In this document: piece by piece, positions 10,955-24,319 of the stretch
Position numbering within the stretch: the stretch's first letter is position 1
Layout of the letters: every line of letters begins with the position of its first letter
DNA from: Squalus acanthias
Taxonomy: Eukaryota
Direction of reading: 5' to 3'
Assembly: GCA_030390025.1 (NCBI GenBank)
Contig: CM059438.1
Coordinates: 57,600,001-57,664,000, forward strand
Length of the DNA stretch: 64,000 nt
Translations under genes and position numbers: made by a program
Notes under the pieces: generated by a model
The model's input: the letters and a program-made list of their open reading frames with translations, nothing else
Database searches by the model: none
What the model was told of the DNA's origin: nothing

Positions 10955-13778
10955 GGCTGCGATTTTATCGGCATTCAGAGGGCGGGTTTGGAGGCGGGTC
11001 AGAGGTTAAATTTTTTTTTGATTGACGGCGGGTTGCGATCCTGCCATCAACCCGCCTCCACGCTACTTTACCAAGTGGTGGCTCTGGGAGTCCTGATCGG
11101 TCCCACCACCAAGCGGCAGGAGAGGCCCTTAAGGCAGTTAACAGTTTGTTAACTGCCTGGATAAGCCAATTTTTTAACAGGGTATTTGAATTTTTGTACA
11201 GGAGGAGGAGGAGGAAGACCTTGCGGAGGCGGATGCGCCAGTTCCAGCAGCATGCGAGCACATTGCTGCCCGTGATGCAAGGGATGCACTAATCTATGCC
11301 AGATTCGCTTAAGTAGACGAAGCAAACACATGTGGCTGGCACCTTCACACACCATAAACAATGTACAAGAACCTGTAGGTTCCTATCACTCTCACCACCA
11401 TCATTACAGATGAAAGGCGCTCTGGCACCTCACAGTGACACTTCCATTTCTGGCCACACATACGCCAACTCTTTGAAAGTTTGCCATCCCATTTCTTTAT
11501 TGCAATTGAAATGGCGATGATTATATTAAATATATCTTACATCAAAACACCCAAGTGACTACCCTTGTGACTATAGGTGCTTAATCTTTCTCTTATGTGT
11601 GCATCTACATGGTGCTTCCCCTGTGGATTCAGCAGATGTGGAGGCACTTTGCTCACTTTCATGCTACTCCTGCTTCGACACCTTTGGCAGGCTTCCTCTG
11701 GGTTTGCGAGCCTGCGTGGGCTCGGCAACAGTCTGCTCCTCCTGCGGCTGTGCAAGGGCTGAGACGGCCATCTCAGTTGGGTGAGGACTCTGGTGGGGCT
11801 CTGACCGAGGGCTCCGCAGTGGTATGGGAGTGTGAGCGCTTGGAGAGGAGCCCACACTTCCTTGTTGCTTGCCACCAACATCCCTCTCATGGGTCAGGCG
11901 CACTTCAGTGCTAGCAAGTGGCTGGACAGCACCTTGCTGCACATCAGGGGGCCCATGATGACCCATATCTGCACTGGCCGTCCTCCTCAAAAGGACTTCC
12001 ATGAAGCTCTGGTCTCTCTGCTCAATAGCTGCCCATCTCTCCTCCAGAGATGTCATTCTATTCTGAACATTCACCATGTTTCCCTGACTCTGGCGACTTA
12101 TTTCCTCCATGACCGTAGCCAGCCTTTCCACGGAGGTTGCCATCCTATCCGTGGTGGTGTGTTCATGCGCCATTGCCTCCACAAAGGCACTGCTCATGTT
12201 AGAGATGGACTCCTCCATCCTCTCCACACTCGCAGTTACCCTGGATGCAAAACCTGCCAGAGACTCCTACACTTGTTCCTGGAGTTTCAGATCCGCTCTC
12301 TTTCTGGATGGCCCCAGAGGCACAGGGTCCACATGCAGTTGAGCAGAGCTGGGAGCGCCCTGCGGCCTCCGACGAGGACTCTCCACTGCTGTCCCTGTCT
12401 CCACCATCTGCTGATGCTCACTTGTGAGCTGTGGTACACCAGGTGACAACACTACTCTATCTCCCAAAGGACCCACCGAGGTGTGCGTATCTGTACTGGT
12501 GCTGGGTGCGCTTAATTCTGCTGACGCTGCACCCTCAGAGGTTGCAGCTTCCTCTGAGGAGTCTTCCGACTCTTCCTCCTAGACAGTGGGGAGGGGGGCT
12601 CTCGATGGTCCTGTGGGGGAGTAAAGGCACGAGTTAGACGTGATATTAACGTAGCATGCACATCAAATTGTGCAGATGATCATAACTCAATTTGTATGAG
12701 CATCAGATGCCATATCAGTCACTCATGCAATGTAACTGAGAGGGCTGCAAATCTGTTCTGTCACCAGCTTGCACTGCTGCACCCGTCTGACCACCCCCCA
12801 CTTCCAGATCCTCAGCACCTCCTATGATCTCCAGAGCAGCCTCCTCAGCGGTGGTCAGATGGGCAATGGAAGGTGACCCTCCTCCTGTCCTGCCCCTCTC
12901 CCTCTTATTGTGGGCTCTCTTTTCCTGCAATGAGGGACACAAGTGGAGTTTGAGTGAGAATGTTGGAGTGAGTATAGAGAATCCGTAGCATAGATGCTTA
13001 GATGGAGACAAAGATGGAGTGAGATACCAATACCAAGGGCCCTCCCTATGCGTTGTTAGTTGTTGTCATTGCATACCAGTGATAGCGAGTGTGAGGGGTG
13101 CATAGTAGAATAGTGAAGTGATTCTGTACATAGAGAGAGAGAGGGATGGTTAAGGGTGCAAGGGATGTAAGGGTAAAGTGGGATGTGCAGGAGTAGGTTG
13201 ACAATGCAGAGTGCTGGTGATGAGAGGAGATGGGGAGCAGATTGAAGGTAAGTGTGATGTTATACTCACTGTTCCTGAGTGTACCAGGTCATTAAACCTT
13301 TTCCTGCACTGGACCCAGGAGCGAGCACACAAAGATCTGGAGCTGACCTCCTCAGCAATTTGCAGCCAGGCTGCTTTGCTTTGCTGAGGAGGCTTATCCG
13401 TCCGTATGATGGGAAGAGTACCTGCTGGTGCCCTCTCACTCCATCCACAAGAGCATGGAGGGAGTCATTATCAAAGCAGGGAGAGGCCTTGGCTCTTGCA
13501 GCAGTCATGGGTACAATTTTCAAATGAGAACCAGCAGGAAAGGATGAAAATGAAACAATGCTGCATGGGCCCCTTAAATACAGCTGGCTGATAGACGTCA
13601 GCAGAGGCGAGCAGCAGACCCGAAACCACTAATTGGGCCGGGTAGCACGCACGCAGAGATTCAATAGGCCACTTAAGGCAAAATCGCAATTTCTGACCGG
13701 CTGAAAGCAGAGGTGGGACCGGAACCCGCCGAGCATCAGACCCGCACCCAACCCGCCTCCATTGATAAAATCGTGGCC
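10955..13778 (-). mobile_element. Harbinger transposon, transposase almost wholly deleted, Myb/SANT gene retained
   Basis: TIRs GGCTGCGATTTTATC / GATAAAATCGTGGCC, AAA on both sides; transposase tail remnant at about 11200-11310. Confidence 0.85.
11560..13508 (-). pseudogene. Three-exon Myb/SANT-like (MSANTD-type) Harbinger gene, frameshifted
   Basis: MTAARAKASPCF..RSWVQCRKRFNDL|gt; exon 2 EKRAHNKRERGRTGGG (12924-12765); exon 3 coiled-coil-like MERMEESISNMS. Confidence 0.8.
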
Positions 13779-14589
13779 AAAATGTTAAAAATCTGAAACA
13801 GAAATCCAACCCGCCTCGAACCCATTTACTTCCAGTTTTAATGGAGGCGGGACGAGGGGCGGGTGACCAATCCGCTCTCGGGAGGTGGGTTGGTCATTGA
13901 AATATTATAATGAGGCTGCATGCCTTAATTTTAACAGTGATTCTATTTTTAACCACAGTTGGCTGAGTTTCCCAGGCCTCAGGAAACCCGGCAGGTAAAA
14001 GTAGGCGAGAAGGGCTGGGTCCATGAGGTAACTGCCTTTACAGCACAGCAGGACTGTTTCCTCCCCCCAACAAACTTACCTGTAAACACCCCCCCACCCC
14101 ACCCGGCCCCACGATCTCCCCCCGACACGCCCCCGCATCACTGAAACCCCCCCTCGGGGATTACTGACCCCCGATCTCCCCCGACCCTCCATCTCCGACA
14201 GCCCTCCGATCTCTCCCCAACCCTTCTGCAATCTTCAACCCCACCCCGCGTTAAACCCCGAACCTCCCAACCATGTTAAACAGGCTGGCTTCCGGGCGGG
14301 GAATAGTTTTTTTTAAAAACACACCGCCATGGAGTTAAGACACCATGTCGTTCGACCATATCTCCTCCCCGCCCACCGCTCTGAAACCCCGTCCCAGTAA
14401 AAGGCTCATGTTAGCCCAAGTGCTAGCAAAAATAACAAACATATGATCACAAATGGATCATAGATGGCCTAAAACACATACTTTACCATACGGTGCTCTT
14501 TACGTGAACTCCCACCAAACCTGTCAGCCCCTAGCAAACCTAGACATCAAATGGGCCTTTAGAAATTAAAAAGGGAATGTTCCATGCAA

Positions 14590-15300
14590 GCCTCATTAAA
14601 TTAAACCTGCTGGGTGGCCCGAATCAGCACGCCAGGTGAAAAGCTCAGGAATATTGGACTGCGGCAGGGTTCTTAAGGGAGGGGGGTGGGGTGGGGAGGG
14701 TTGACTGGGAGAGGTGGGGGAAAACTGGGAGAGGGTCGATCAGGTGATCGCAAGAGGGTCGAGCAGGACGGGGGTCAATTGGGACATTGGGAGAGGGCAT
14801 CAATCAAGACAGGGGAATTGATCGAGATATCGGTATGAGGGGCTATTGGTAGCCGGCAGCATCCTGTGGTTTAATTGTGCAGCCAGGAGGAACACTCCTG
14901 CTCCTCGCAGCTACACATTTAGATAAATATATTTTAAAAAGTAGCATTTTGGTTGCAGCCTATGGCGGTTCCTTTAAGGACTGCAGTGATCCCTTTAAGT
15001 ACCGCTGGTTAGGCTGCATGCAGACCTGGTTTGCCTGGGCGCAGCCGGCCTGGCACTGGCGGCCTTCAGGGCAACCCAATTTTGCACAGCAGGCCTTAAA
15101 CAGGCATTGACCCCTTATTTGCAAATGCAAACGCTCTGATACCTGTTTCAGGAGTGGGCCTTGGAGGTTTATTTCCTTCACTATACCAATATGGCGGGCG
15201 GTGCACGAATGGGCGTGTACTTCCTGCCCGCCATATTTGAAGCTTAGGCGCCCTTTTAATGGTTGTGATACAGGTGTGGCACCATCAAATTTCTAGGCCC
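14590..15300. mobile_element. Non-autonomous Harbinger-type element (partial)
   Basis: Ends AAATTTCTAGGCCC like the 10364 TIR; G-rich body; left end approximate. Confidence 0.45.
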
Positions 15301-16054
15301 AAGTTTCCTTGGCAAGGGTTGAACAGGAAATGGCAAACAGGATGTCCCTCCCCCCATTTAAGCCTCCTGTTTTGGACGGTAGCTTCAGATATTCACCATA
15401 GATCCACTGGCCAAGGAGGAGGCCATCAACAGGTCCAGGCAGCGGGCAGTCGTTTGGCCCGACTGCCTGCCTGTCTTCCGCGGCTACGTTCGCGCCCGGG
15501 TGGCCCTGGAGATGGAGCACGCGGTGTCCACCGGCACGCTCGAGGCCTCCCACGACCGGTGGGCACCGAAGGGACTGGAGTGCATAAGCACTCCCGGGAA
15601 CAAAATTTTAATTTAATTTGTTAAGGTTTCTTTTAATTTGTTTAAAGTTACAGTCCTTATTGTTTGTGCCCCTTTAAAAAGGGGGCACATGGTTGACTTT
15701 TAATAGGCACCAGCCTATGATAAAGAAAGAGTCAGCACAGATCGAACTGGAAAACCCAACGGGGTTGGCTTAGGTGGAGACCAGGCGGAGCTGAAAATAG
15801 CGCTCTATTACACCCTGTCTGCACCTGATTTAAGGCTGTAATTGGGATAAAATTGCCCTTACTAGTTCCAGGGGTAGATGGTAAAGTGAAATCAATGCAA
15901 TTGTTATTGACCATCTTGTTATCAGGAAGAGTTTCCCTGGGGTGGAAGTATGAGCCCCTGATTTCTGTGTTTATGTGCCCATGAGCAAAAAATGAAGTAG
16001 TTCCCTCTTTCTGGATGGATATTATTTCAGAAATTAACTGTGAATGATACTTAC

Positions 16055-16090
16055 ATATCATGAGATGAAGGCGAAGGCACTCTCAGAATC
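16055..16090 (-). CDS. Micro-exon B, 36 nt, phase 2-2 (xILRVPSPSSHDx)
   Basis: ttttaatcatag|GATTCTGAGAGTGCCTTCGCCTTCATCTCATGATAT|gtaagt; only the phase-2 frame is open. Confidence 0.72.
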
Positions 16091-16394
16091 CTATGATTAA
16101 AAAAAATTGAACAGAAATATTCTCTTTTTGACAATTTTTAAATCATTTTCAGGATCTGAATTTTAGCAGTTGAAATGTTTGGAGTTTTCAGTCTCATTCA
16201 GTGGCACTGCTACAGCATTATTTGATATTCATTAACACCCGCAGCTGAACATAATTAAAGCAAAGTTGCTGAATGTGTAGTGCTGACTGAGAAACAAATT
16301 ACAATGTTTAACACAATGATTGTTGAACATGGTCCTGTTATAAAAGTTTTCACTGGTTATGTGTGGGCTTCGAATTTCATTGTTTTAAAATTAA

Positions 16395-16785
16395 AAAAAT
16401 TCATTCTCGGGATATGGACGTCGCTGGCAAGGCTGGCATTTATTGTCCATCCCTAGTTGCCCTTGAGAAGGTAGTGGGCCTTGAACTGCAGCAGTCCGTG
16501 TGGTGAAGGTACTCCCATAATGCTGTTAGGTAGGGAGTTCCAGGATTTTGACCCATTGACAATGAAGGAATGGTGATATATGTCCAAGTCGGGATGGTGT
16601 GTGACTTGGAGGGGAACTTGGAGGTGATAGAGATCCCATGCACCTGTTACCCTTGTCCTTCTAGATGGTAGAGATCGCGGGTTTGGGAGGTGCTGCCGAA
16701 GAAGCCTTGGTGACTTGCTGCAGCGCATCCTGTAGATAGTACATACTGCAGTCATGGTGCACTGGTGGTGGAGGGAGCGCATGTT
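16395..16785 (-). mobile_element. Non-LTR retrotransposon family B 3' fragment
   Basis: SLHH..AVCTIYRM..SKSWNSLPNS..LLKGN; same as the 3' end of 58580-61190. Confidence 0.88.
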
Positions 16786-16829
16786 TTAAGCTATTATCCT
16801 GCAACCATGAACACACAGTGGAGCTGAAT

Positions 16830-17175
16830 AAGGAACATATGAATATAGGAGCAGCAGTAGACCATTCAGCCCCTCAAGCCGGTTCTGTCATTCAATTAGA
16901 TCATATCCCTTGATACTCTTACCTAACCAAAATCTATCCATCTCAGTCTTGAAAATTTCAATTGACCCCCAACATCCACAGCCCTTTGGTGGAGGAGTTC
17001 CAGATTTCCACTACCTTTTGTGTGAAAAATTGCTTCCTGATTTCACTCTTGAATGGTCCAGCTCTAATTTTAAGTGCACCCCTTTGTTGTGGATTCCTCC
17101 ACCAGAGGAAATATCTACCCTATCAAATCCCTTTATCATTTTAAACATCTCAATTAGTTCAACCTTCTAAACTCA
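16830..17175 (-). mobile_element. CR1-clade LINE 3' fragment (decayed)
   Basis: Reverse-oriented 3' UTR (ATAGGAGCAGCAGTAG..) and ORF2 end. Confidence 0.75.
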
Positions 17176-17176
17176 T

Positions 17177-17890
17177 GGGCTGGAATTTTCAGCGGTAAGA
17201 ACGGGTGGGTTGGAGGCGTGGAGGGTGGGGAAGTGAAAGTTGAAAAATGTGAACCCCGACCCCAACCCGCCTTTTACCTGCCCACTTTCACCTTTCACTC
17301 AGGCGGGGCGGGGGAGGGGCGGGCTGCCAACCCACTGCCAAGAGGCAGGTTGGCCATTTAAATATTATAATGAGGCCTGAAGCCTCTACTTTAACCTGCT
17401 TTGCAGGTTATACTGCAGGCGGCCGGGGATCCCGGGGCTTGGGATTCCCGGTGGCTGCAGAGGCGGCCTCAGCCTTGGGGAGCAATGCTTGTGGGCTGGG
17501 AGGAGCAGGAGTGCTTCCTCCCAGCTCCCCCACCATCAGCCTGGTTCTCCCCGGGGTCGGGGATCTGACCCCCCCCCCAGAGATTGGACACCCCACCCCG
17601 GTCCTGGGACAGCCCCCACTCCCCTGCCACCCTCGGGAATCGGACCCCTCCCCCCCCCACCCGTGGGAGTGGAAACCCACCACCATGGGACCAGCACTTA
17701 CCTGTTGCTATGACCTCCTCCGAGTTCCCCACACGACTGGAAGTCAGCCTGTCAATCAGCTGCCTGTGACATTGCACGCACACTGTGGAGTTAAAACTCC
17801 ACAGTGTGCTGGGAAACCCAACCTTCAGGGTTTCTCACTGTGTCTCCCGGGTCTCCCCGCACCGTGCGGTGAGCTGCACATTTACCACAT
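17177..17890. mobile_element. Non-autonomous GC-rich Harbinger-type element
   Basis: GGGCTGGAATTTTC start; subterminal CCCAACCCGCC motifs shared with 13780-13990. Confidence 0.5.
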
Positions 17891-18170
17891 TCAAGTTTTC
17901 CAGCTAGCACTTGATTATGGCAGCAAGGAAGGGAAGGAGCAGCTATAGAGGTGCTACTCCAGAAGTTGCTACAAAGGAGGGTTGATCTTTTAGGAGCTAT
18001 GGTCTACCCACCCATCAAAATGCCTGGGTGGAGAAAGTCAATGTTATTTCCCATGCCCATAGGTTATGAGTGTACATGCACAAGAAATTCTGCCAACACA
18101 AGCTACTTGAATGCTGCATGAACTGACGTGAGGCAGTATGTAGGCTTGGCATTTGAGTGTCACAGTCTAA

Positions 18171-18830
18171 GGGGAAAAAATTGGGTAGCGCCCCCTTTGG
18201 CCCTAATTTTAGCGCCCCGAAAAAGTTAGCGCCCCGCAGCAGATTTTCCCAGGTAGCGCCCCGAGAGGGAGGAGGGGCACTACTGGAAGCACCCCGCATC
18301 CCTCTTGGGGCGCTGCGAGCCAATATCGCGGTACTGCAGGCCTTCCTCCCCTTATTAAAAGGGGAGGGGCCTGGCGCAGCATGTCCCGGCGCTCAGCTGG
18401 GCCACCAGGGATCGGGAGTGCCGGCAAACGAGCCCGGCACTCAAGAGGAGTGCCGGGCTCACGGAGAACAGCCGGCACCCTGCGGGGGCCGGGGACGGCA
18501 ACGGGGGCAAGTGCTGGCAGGCGGCCAGCAATAAAAATGGCCGCCCGCCACCTCCCCTTTAACTAGCGCCGCCACGGCTGCAGGTAGGCCCCCCCTGACC
18601 CCGGCGGACATAGCTACCGGCAGTAAGTCGGGGGGCGCCACCCAATATTACAGCTGGAATGTGAGTGGGGCGCTGCGCACTGCAATGACGTCATTGCTGC
18701 GTGGCGCTAATGGCAATGTCACGGGCGGCTGAATTTCGCGGGAGGCGTTAGCAGCGCCGCGGCCAGGCAGTAGTTGATTTGCACCCCGTCAGGGCGCTAA
18801 CGGGAGGCGCAAATCAACCAAAATTAGCCC
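18171..18830. mobile_element. Harbinger/PIF-type MITE
   Basis: TAA target duplication on both sides; imperfect TIRs GGGGAAAAAATTGG / CCAAAATTAGCCC; CpG-rich with repeated TAGCGCCCC. Confidence 0.7.
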
Positions 18831-19682
18831 TAAGCTCTTCCAAATTCCAAGATACCCCCCAAAAAATTCCAATTATAGGAAATGGCCATACATTACAGGT
18901 GGGCACGAATGCAAACATGATGGATGACTTTGCAATTATCGGCCACTGACCTTTTATGATAAGCAGGCCTTGCAAATTCTGAGGCCACAGAGGCCATAGA
19001 AGGAATGGAGACAGGGCAGGTTGGAAGTCTCTCCAAGTTCAGGACTAGTACTGTCTTTTGCTTGTTATATGTTTTCCCCCTATTCACATAGGCACAAATT
19101 GCACTGCAGCAGCATTATGCACACAAGCCAAGATTTTCCACTCAGGGAAAAAGTAAGTAGAAAATGCACCCATTCACAATCAGCCAAATTGGCAGCAAAG
19201 AGAGTGAGCACCCAGTGTCGGAAACGCCAATCACTGGGAGAACACCGTTATGGATTGCATGCTGCTGCAGGATTTAAAGGCATGATACAGTGCTGTTGGT
19301 CACAAATGAGCTGGACTTTGAAAAAATAAGATCCATCGTAGGTGATGGCATTGATGAAGAGAAAATATAGGACCACATGGCTGCAATTTACAACTCCTCG
19401 GACCTTGGGTATCCTGTAAAATTGTAGTGCTCTGTCAATGCTGCTCTGTTAATTGTCCATGGGGAAATGGGCACACTATAGTATCCTTGACTTACGTTAA
19501 TGCTATATACAGCGGATTGGCTAATGTTATTCAATTCCCCAGTGACTACCTGGAATAATCCCATAGAATAAAAATTCAGAGGCATCAAAATTTTCTTTTT
19601 TTAAATGAACAAATACATTTTTTGAATGGATCTTGTTTCAGAAAGTTATTGCAATAATTCAGTGCAGTGTGTTTGTACTTAC

Positions 19683-19712
19683 ATATCTTGAGGTGAAGGC
19701 TCTCTCAGACAC
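19683..19712 (-). CDS. Micro-exon C, 30 nt, phase 2-2 (xCLREPSPQDx)
   Basis: ttttattgttctcatag|GTGTCTGAGAGAGCCTTCACCTCAAGATAT|gtaagt; conserved intron flank. Confidence 0.75.
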
Positions 19713-19877
19713 CTATGAGAACAATAAAACAAATAACATGAACAGACACAATCACTTGGCATGTTTACATCCTGCTAGGAGTCAGATCCCATCAGCTGAA
19801 AGGTTTGGGCCCCAGTATTAACAAGGAGGCGGGAGGGTGCAGGGGAGCACGGTAGCAAAGGGGAAACCCAGCAAGGT

Positions 19878-20457
19878 CATAGAATCAAAGAATGGTTACA
19901 GCACAGAAGGTAGCCATTCGGCCAATCGAGTCCGTGCTGGCTTTCTGCAGGAGCACTTCAGCCAGTCCCACTCCCCTGCCCTTTTCCCGTAGCCCTGCAA
20001 TTTTTTTTCCTTCAGGTACATATCCAATTCCCTTTTGAAAGCCACGATTGAATCTGCCTCCACCACCCTTTCAGGCAGTGCATTCCAGATCCTAACCACT
20101 CGCTGCGTAAAAAAGATTTTTCTCATGTCGCCTTTGGTTCTTCTACCAATCGCCTTAAATCTGTACCCCTTTCGAATTTTACCCTGTAGTTTATATTGCC
20201 TCTCCTCGTTCTTCCGACCAAAATGTATCACTTTGCACTTTTCTGCTTTAAATTTCATCTGCCACGTGTCCGCCCATTCCACCAGCCTGTCTATGTCTTC
20301 TTGAAGTCTATCACTATCCTCCTCACTGTTCACTATACTTCCAAGTTTTGTGTCATCTGCAAATTTGGAAATTGTGCCCTGTACACCCACATCCAAGTTA
20401 TTAATATATATCAAGAAAAGCAGTGGTCCTAGTACCGACCCCTGGGGAACACCACTG
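19878..20457 (-). mobile_element. CR1-clade LINE fragment with internal deletion
   Basis: ISKFADDTKLG RT motif fused directly to the ORF2 C-terminus. Confidence 0.9.
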
Positions 20458-21536
20458 TCAGGGACGTGGAGGCCCTGCCGATCTTAATGGCAGAGATTAT
20501 TTAAATAATCTGCCACAGACTCCCGCCCGACAGCCGGCCAAATTGACAGCCTGGCAGTTGGGAGCACAAACAAGTGTTGGGAGGCCAAAGCCGGGGACCC
20601 GTGGGGACAGTCTCCGGCAGCCAGAAGGTATCAGCAGCTCCGGGCTGCGATTGGGAGGGGTGGGGCCATGATCAGGATGGAGCAGAAGGCTCTGGGGCAT
20701 GGCCGGGCAAGGGAAAGGGTGAGCAGAAGACTCTGTGATGTGATTGGGGCTGGGGGAGGCCGAAGACTTCTTTAGAGGCTTAGGGGGAAGCACTCCTGCT
20801 CCTGAAAGGCACTATATAAATGCACATTCCTTCTTTCCAGTGCTGTGATCACTGAACTATGGTCCTATTACATAGAAAACTTTCAATAGATTTGCATGTG
20901 GGGTCCTGCTGTCCTCACAAAGAAAAGTTTACAAAAATGACCTTTCAGGGCCTCCTTACATCCTAATCCTCTTCTGATGGGCTTCAGCCTGCCGAGACAG
21001 CCACAACTGCTTCGCTGCTCAAGCACAAGTTAAAATTGCAATCGGGGCCTGATGAAGTTATTGTACCATGCCGGCTTCAGGTGGGTGCCTGTACTCACCT
21101 GATTAAAAAATCAAGATCCGTGGGAAGCAGATGGGGAAAAATTGGTGGGTAAGTCACCCAGGGCATTTTAATTGCCGGGTGGGTAGTGTTAAAATCCCCC
21201 CCACCCCATCTCATTTTAAAAGTGTAAGAAAAGAGAAAGAATACCAGTCATTTCCTGCTGGTCACGTCTGAGTTTAAGGCACAGCCAAGGATTTAAGCTG
21301 CAGATCTGCAGAAAATTGTAATTGATCTGTAATTGACCTGGGGATGTGCCTATTTGCAGCAATTAGAACTAACGGCCTTAAAGGGACGGCCACTTGACAC
21401 ACAGTTCCACTTCAGCAGCAGAAAGATCCATTAATTATGTTATAAATCACCTGTCCTTATAAAGATCTGCATCTTCCCACTTCCCATGAGCAATGCCGTA
21501 AGAAACCTGCTAGTATTTACAAGCATTTCTTACATT

Positions 21537-22970
21537 CATAGAAACATAGAAGATAGGAGCAGGAGTAGGCCATTCCGCCCCTCGAGCCTGCTCCGCCATT
21601 CGATGAGTTCATGGCTGATCATCCAAACTCAGTACCCTGTCCCTGCCTTCTCCCCATATCCCTTGATACCTTTAGCCTTAAGAAATATATCTAACTCCTT
21701 CTTGAATATATTTAATGACTTGGCCTCAACTGTCTTCTGTGGTAGAGAATTCCACAGGTTCACCACTCTCTGGGTGAAGAAATTCCTCCTCATCTCTGTC
21801 CTAAATGGCTTACCCCTTATCTTTAGACTGTGACCTCTTGTTCTGGACTCACCCGCCATCGGGAACATCCTTCCTGCATCCAGTCTGTCTAGCCATGTTA
21901 GAATTTTATAAGTTTCAATGAGATCTCCTCTCATTCTTCTAAACTCCAGCGAGTATAAGCCTAATCGACCCAATCTCTCCTCATACGGCATTCCTGCCAT
22001 CCCAGGTATCAGTCTGGTAAATCTTCGCTGCACACCCTCCATGGCAAGAACATCCTTCCTCAGATAAGGCGACCAAAACTGCACACAATACTCAAGGTGT
22101 GGTCTCACCAAGGCCCTGTACAGCTGCAGCAAGATATCCTTGTTCCTGTACTCGAATCCTCTCGCTATGAAGGCCAACATACCATTTGCCTTCTTAACCG
22201 CCTGCTGCACCTGCATGCTTACCTTCAGCAACTGGTGCACAAGGACACCCAGGTCTCGTTGCACTTCCCCTTCTCCCAATCTATTGCCGTTCAGATAATA
22301 ACCTGCCTTTCTGCTTTTGCCACCAAAGTGGATAACCTCGCATTTATCCACATTATACTGCATCTGCCATGCTTCTGCCCAATCACCCAACCTGTCCAAA
22401 TCATACTGGAGTTTCTCGACATCCTCCTCGCAGCACACACGCCCACCCAGCTTTGTGTCATCTGCAAACTTGGAGATATTACATCTAGTTCCCTCGTCTA
22501 GATCATTAATATATATATAGTGAATAGCTGGGGTCCTAGGACCGATCCCTGCGGAACCCCACTAGTCACTGCCTGCCACTTGGAAAAAGACCCGTTTATT
22601 CCAACTCTTTGCTTCCTGTCTGCCAACCAGTTCTCTATCCAAGTCAGTACCTTGCCCCCAATCCCATGTGCCTTAACTTTACACGCTAATCTCTTATGCG
22701 GGACCTTATCGAAAGCCTTCTGAAAGTCCAAATACACCACATTCAATGGTTCTCCCTTATCTATTCTATCAGTTACATCCTCAAAAAATTCCAGTAGATT
22801 AGTCAAGTACGATTTACCTTTTGTAAATCCATGTTGACTTTGTCCAATCCTGTCACTGTTTTCCAAGTGCTCTGCTATTACATCTTTAATAATGGACTCT
22901 AGCATTTTCCCCACAACCGATGTCAGGCTTACCGGTCTATAATTCCCCGTTTTTTCTTTACCACCTTTCA
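21537..22970 (-). mobile_element. CR1-clade LINE, 5'-truncated (RT and 3' UTR)
   Basis: [41 protein letters not shown]; frameshifted. Confidence 0.95.
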
Positions 22971-23285
22971 TGTCAGGAATGTGATGGAATACTCACCATT
23001 CGCCTGGGTGGGTGCAGCAACAACAATACTCAAAAGTTCAACACTATCCAGGACAGAGCAGTTTGCCGAATTGGCACCCCACCACTGGTCTGAATAGCCA
23101 CCCCCTCCATGCAAGCATACTGTGACTGCAGATTTTACTAACTAAAGAATGCACTGCAGTGGCTCACAAAAGTGACTTTAACAGCATGTCTCTTTCTCAC
23201 GACCTCTATCATTGAGAAGAACAAGAGAAGCAATCTCATAGAGCACATTCAGCTCAAGTTCCCTTCCAAGTCATACACCATACCA
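22970..23285 (+). mobile_element. Decayed non-LTR family B fragment
   Basis: GTCAGGAATGTGATGGAATACTC matches 32598 and 60665. Confidence 0.7.
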
Positions 23286-23286
23286 C

Positions 23287-23843
23287 AAAAGCAAAATACT
23301 GCGGATGCTGTAAATCTGACATAAAAACAGAAAATGCTGGAAATACTCGGCCTCTTACACTGTTCCAATGAAGCTCAACGTAAGCTCGAGTATCTACCAA
23401 TATTTTTGATTAGGTACTTTACAGCCTTCTGGCCTCAACATCGAGTTCAACAATTTCAGATCATAAGCTCTGCCCCAATCTTTTTTTTTCATATTTTTTT
23501 CTCTCTCTCACATGGCAGCTGTCGATCATTCTGCCATTGCCATTTCATCTAGAGTCATCGTTTGTTTCTTAACTTGTCCCATTACCATCTCCTTTTGCCT
23601 TGCACCATCATCCCTTTTGTCTCTTAATCTCTCCTGCCTTCCATCCTATCACAGACCTTCCCTTTTGTTCTTTCCTCTCCTCCCCCCTTTCCCTGCCCCT
23701 ACACTTGCTTAAAAACCTGTTTCATCTCCAACTTTTTCCAGTTCTGAAGAAGGGTCATCGACCTGAAACGTTAACTCTGTTTCTCTCTCCACAGATGCTG
23801 CCTGACCTGCTGAGTGTTTCCAGCATTTTCTGTTTTTATTTCA
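23287..23843 (+). mobile_element. Penelope-like element 3' part with inverted terminal fragment at its 5' side
   Basis: LGLLHCSNEAQRKLE (GIY-YIG-type C-terminus), hammerhead core, inverted tail copy at 23287-23348. Confidence 0.8.
23740..23776 (+). ncRNA. Minimal hammerhead ribozyme-like motif
   Basis: agtt-CTGAAGA-a-gggtc(atc)gacct-GAAA-cgtt-aact. Confidence 0.6.
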
Positions 23844-23993
23844 TACACCATACTGGTCATTTCAAAGAGGAAATGGCAGAGACATGAGTCCAGGCAGGAA
23901 TATATTTTTACAGTTAAAAAAAGCAGATAAAAATATTTTTGTAAAAAGAAGAGTCTGACTTAAATGGGAAGTAATAGACCAGAGTATGTTGTA

Positions 23994-24312
23994 CAGGTTG
24001 AGTGTCCCGAATCCGGCAACCTCGGGACCGAGGCTGAGCTGGTTTTCGGGTTTTTCCGGACTTCGGAACGTGTTTCTGATGTCCGAAGTCCGGAAACGCC
24101 CGAGCCCAGGTTGCGATATTTCCGGACTTCGGACATCAGAAACACGTGCCGAGTCCGGAAATGCCTGGGCCCAGGTTGCGCTATTTCTGGTTTTTGGTAA
24201 GTCTCCCTCAGGGTGTCCAGATTCCGGAACATTTTACGGATTCCGGACCCCTGCCACCAATCGTCCCGGAGTCCGGATCATTCCGGATTCCGGATTTGGG
24301 ACGCTCAACCTG
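23994..24312. mobile_element. Tc1/mariner-pogo (Tigger-like) MITE
   Basis: TA duplication (23992-3, 24313-4); TIRs CAGGTTGAGTGTCCCGAATCCGG / CCGGATTTGGGACGCTCAACCTG; many internal TCCGGA repeats. Confidence 0.9.
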
Positions 24313-24319
24313 TACTTAC

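Larger units (their letters stand above)
10902..14407. mobile_element. Non-autonomous GC-rich DNA element hosting a nested Harbinger
   Basis: GGGTAATTTTAACCCC start; sequence resumes after 13778; similar to elements at about 17177 and 42055; right end approximate. Confidence 0.5.

Noticed and set aside
19496..19549. 54-nt AG/GT-bounded minus-strand segment (VVTGELNNISQSAVYSIN)
   Set aside because: Stop codon immediately in the phase-2 frame; could only be a poison exon; no support.
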